Assembly (NCBI GenBank): GCA_038087875.1
Contig: CM075987.1
Coordinates: 26,724,001 to 26,788,000, forward strand
Length of the DNA stretch: 64,000 bases
Reading direction: 5' to 3'
Origin: Malacoraja senta
Taxonomy: Eukaryota
Shown: in pieces, positions 61,509 through 64,000 of the stretch
Layout of the letters: each line of letters opens with the position of its first letter
How positions within the stretch are numbered: the first letter of the stretch is position 1
Notes under the pieces: generated by a model
What the model saw: only the letters and a program-made list of their open reading frames with translations
What the model was told of the DNA's origin: nothing
Databases searched by the model: none
Made by a program: the position numbers and the translations under genes

Positions 61509-61812
61509 AGGGCGGCAGGGTGGTGCAGCGGTAGAGTTGCTGCCTCACAGCACCAGAGACCCGGGTTCAATCCTGACTATGGGTGCTGTCTGTACGGAGT
61601 TTGTACGTTCTCCCCGTGACCTGAGTGGGTTTTCTCCGGGATCTCAGGTTTCCTCCCACACTCCAAAAATGTGCAGGTTTGTAGGTTAATTGGCTTAATA
61701 TAATTGTAAATCATCCCTAGTGTGTGTAGGATAGTGTTAATGTGCGGGGATCGCTGGTCAGCATGGACTCAGTGGGCCGAAGGGCCTGTTTACGCACCCT
61801 GTCTAAATAAAC
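61509..61812 (+). mobile_element. V-SINE
   Basis: Consensus match from head to tail. Confidence 0.88.
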
Positions 61813-61907
61813 CAAACACAGGAACTATTGTTAGAAGCTCCAAAGTCTAGTGTGCTGATAAATGATGGAAGAAGTATTCAAAGTAAATAATGAGAAAACC
61901 AGCAGCA

Positions 61908-62405
61908 TTTTACGAGGATGTTGCCAGGACTAGAGGGTCTGAGCTATAGGTGGAGGTTGAGCAGGCTGGGACTGTATTCCTTGGAGCACACGAGGATATG
62001 GGGTGATCTTATAAAGGTATATAACATTATGAGAGGAATATATCGGGTAGATGCACAGAGTCTCTTGCCCAGAGGAGGTGAATCAAGGTCCAGAGGACAT
62101 AGAAACATAGAAACAAAGGCCATGGCTGATATAGTTTTAAGGTGAAGGGGAAAAGATTTAATAGGAATCTGAGGGGTGACTCTTTCACACATAAGGTGGT
62201 GGGTGAATGGAACAAGCTGCCAGAGGAGGTAGTTGAGGTTGGGACTATCCCAATATTTATGAAGCAGTTAGACAGGTACATGGATAGGACAGGTTTGGAG
62301 GGATATGGACCAAATGGAGGCAGGTGGGACTAGTGTAGCTGGGACATGTTGGCCGATGTGGGCAAGTTGACTCTACGACTCACTCATTGAATCACTCTAT
62401 GACTA
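61908..62405 (+). mobile_element. CR1 (HER1-like) 3' end
   Basis: ORFs 61918..62145 and 62142..62333 match the 14690 element. Confidence 0.88.
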
Positions 62406-62757
62406 TATTTATTACAGTCAGCCAATATAATGCTGTAACCTTTCTTTCCCACACTTGTAGAAAATTAACCTCCATTATCTAAAGCTAACTGCTGGGTTCT
62501 CTGGCAAAGCCCTCCTCCGCCTTAATCCGTTCTCATTTAATCCAAAACTGTGTGAATCAATCTAACGGTCTGGATGACTCAATTAAATCCCTTTGTCCAA
62601 CACAAATTATTGATTCCTACATCTAGGCGAAATAAATGAAACATGGTGCTTCTGTGCAGTTACATTGTTCGTAACTACTTTAACTCAGAAAGTGTGATGG
62701 AAGGAATGTAGATGCAGTTGTTGATGCTGGATGGAACACAGGCCTTTGGATCTGATG

Positions 62758-63130
62758 TAGATGTACAAAATCATGAGGGGAATAGATCGGGTAGATGCAC
62801 AGAGACTCTTGCCCAGAGTTGGGGAATCGAGAACCAGAGGGCATATGGATAGGGGGAAGGGGGAAAGATTTAAAAGGTACCTGAGGGGTAACTTTGTCAC
62901 ACAGAGGGTGGTGGGTGTAAGGAACAAGCTGCCAGAGGAGGTAGTTGAGCCAGGGAATATCGCAACATTAAGAAACAGTTAGACAGGTGCATGGATAGGA
63001 CAGGTTTAGAGGGATATGGACCAAACACAGGCAGGTGGGACTAGTGTAGATGGGACTTGTTGGCCAGTGTGGGCAAGTTGGGCCGAAGGGCCTGTTTCTA
63101 TGCTGTATCACTCTGTGACTCGATGACTGT
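62758..63130 (+). mobile_element. CR1 (HER1-like) 3' end
   Basis: ORF 62761..62982 (YKIMRGIDRV..TQRVVGVRNKLP); tail GGGCCGAAGGGCCTGTTTC. Confidence 0.88.
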
Positions 63131-63786
63131 ATGGCACTGTGGCAGGCTTTGAAAGCCCGACTGTAATTAGCTTAATTATTTTAATTAGTTTAATTCTAAT
63201 TCTAGCCAGCTGGGAACTGAGTTGAAGCGGGTGAAAGGCATGGCACGCTGGTTAATTAGTGGGCGCGTGGAACATTTCAGTCACTGTGGTGTGTGGGGAA
63301 TGAACTTGCGACCTGGAGGAGGAATGGTCGAGGGCACCGGTCGTGGTGGGAGCTGCCGGCAGAGGTCCAGAGCGTGGCACCGGCGGTCAAGAATGGACCC
63401 CGTGTGGGAACCGCAGGACGGGGCCTCCGAGAACAAAGGAGGACCCGGCTGGGGATAAGTCAGACCTTCCTCACCACTCTATACGTGGTGACTCTTTGCA
63501 CCCCTTGAGTGCGCCAGACCAAGAATTTCACTACGACTTGTCAACCGGGACAATAAAGTATTCATTCATTCATTCCAATGGGAAAGAGCAGTCCTTCTCT
63601 CTGTGTAGAAAGCTGGAGTAACTCAGCGGGACAGGCAGCATCTCTGGAGAGAAGGACATTGCAAAGATAGAAACATAGACAATAGGTGCAGGAGTAGTCC
63701 ATTCGGCTGATCATCCCCAATCAGTACCCCGTTCCTGCTTTCTCCCCATATCCCTTGATTCCGTTAGCCCTAAGAGCTATATCTAA

Positions 63787-64000
63787 AGTGCCTGTCCCAC
63801 TATACGAGTTTACCCAAGAGCTCTCCCGAGTTTTAAAAAAAATCAAAATCGTGGTAAGTACGTGGAATGTACGTAGCGGGTACCTCGGAGCTCGGGATGT
63901 CTCTTAGCGGCTCGTAACGCTAACAGCGGGTACTCGGGAAACGCGGTAAGCTCGTGAAGTTTTTTCAACATGTTGAAAAATGTCCACGAGAGCCCCGAGT
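63787..64000. mobile_element. PIF/Harbinger-type MITE subfamily, cut by window edge
   Basis: TAA followed by AGTGCCTGTCCCAC; body similar to the 16421 copy. Confidence 0.8.

Overview
This window is eukaryotic, repeat-dense, non-coding DNA, most likely from a cartilaginous fish (skate or ray). That assignment is inferred from HE1/V-SINE-like SINEs sharing a 3' tail with HER1-like CR1 LINEs. I found no intact host protein-coding gene, rRNA, bona fide tRNA or CRISPR array; the recognisable protein motifs in the ORF track come from retroelement fragments, and the other long ORFs are microsatellite or SINE artefacts. Contents: about 30 tRNA-derived V-SINE copies or fragments; many 5'-truncated CR1 LINEs of several subfamilies; a defective Penelope-like element (RT + GIY-YIG) with dozens of short derivatives; Rex1/Babar and Tx1/L1 fragments; PIF/Harbinger-type MITEs; a Tc1 end; an unclassified TIR element with a 7-bp TSD; and microsatellites. 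The most interesting signal is the Penelope-derived system. Its 3' end carries a minimal hammerhead ribozyme core (CUGAAGA-stem II-GAAACGUH). It recurs as small fold-back elements with their own target-site duplications, some with tandem ribozyme half-units and one with (CCCTAA)n telomeric repeats. Other leads are a duplicated exon-like cassette, templated local duplications and a short non-tRNA SINE-like family. Repeat boundaries were read by eye and are approximate.
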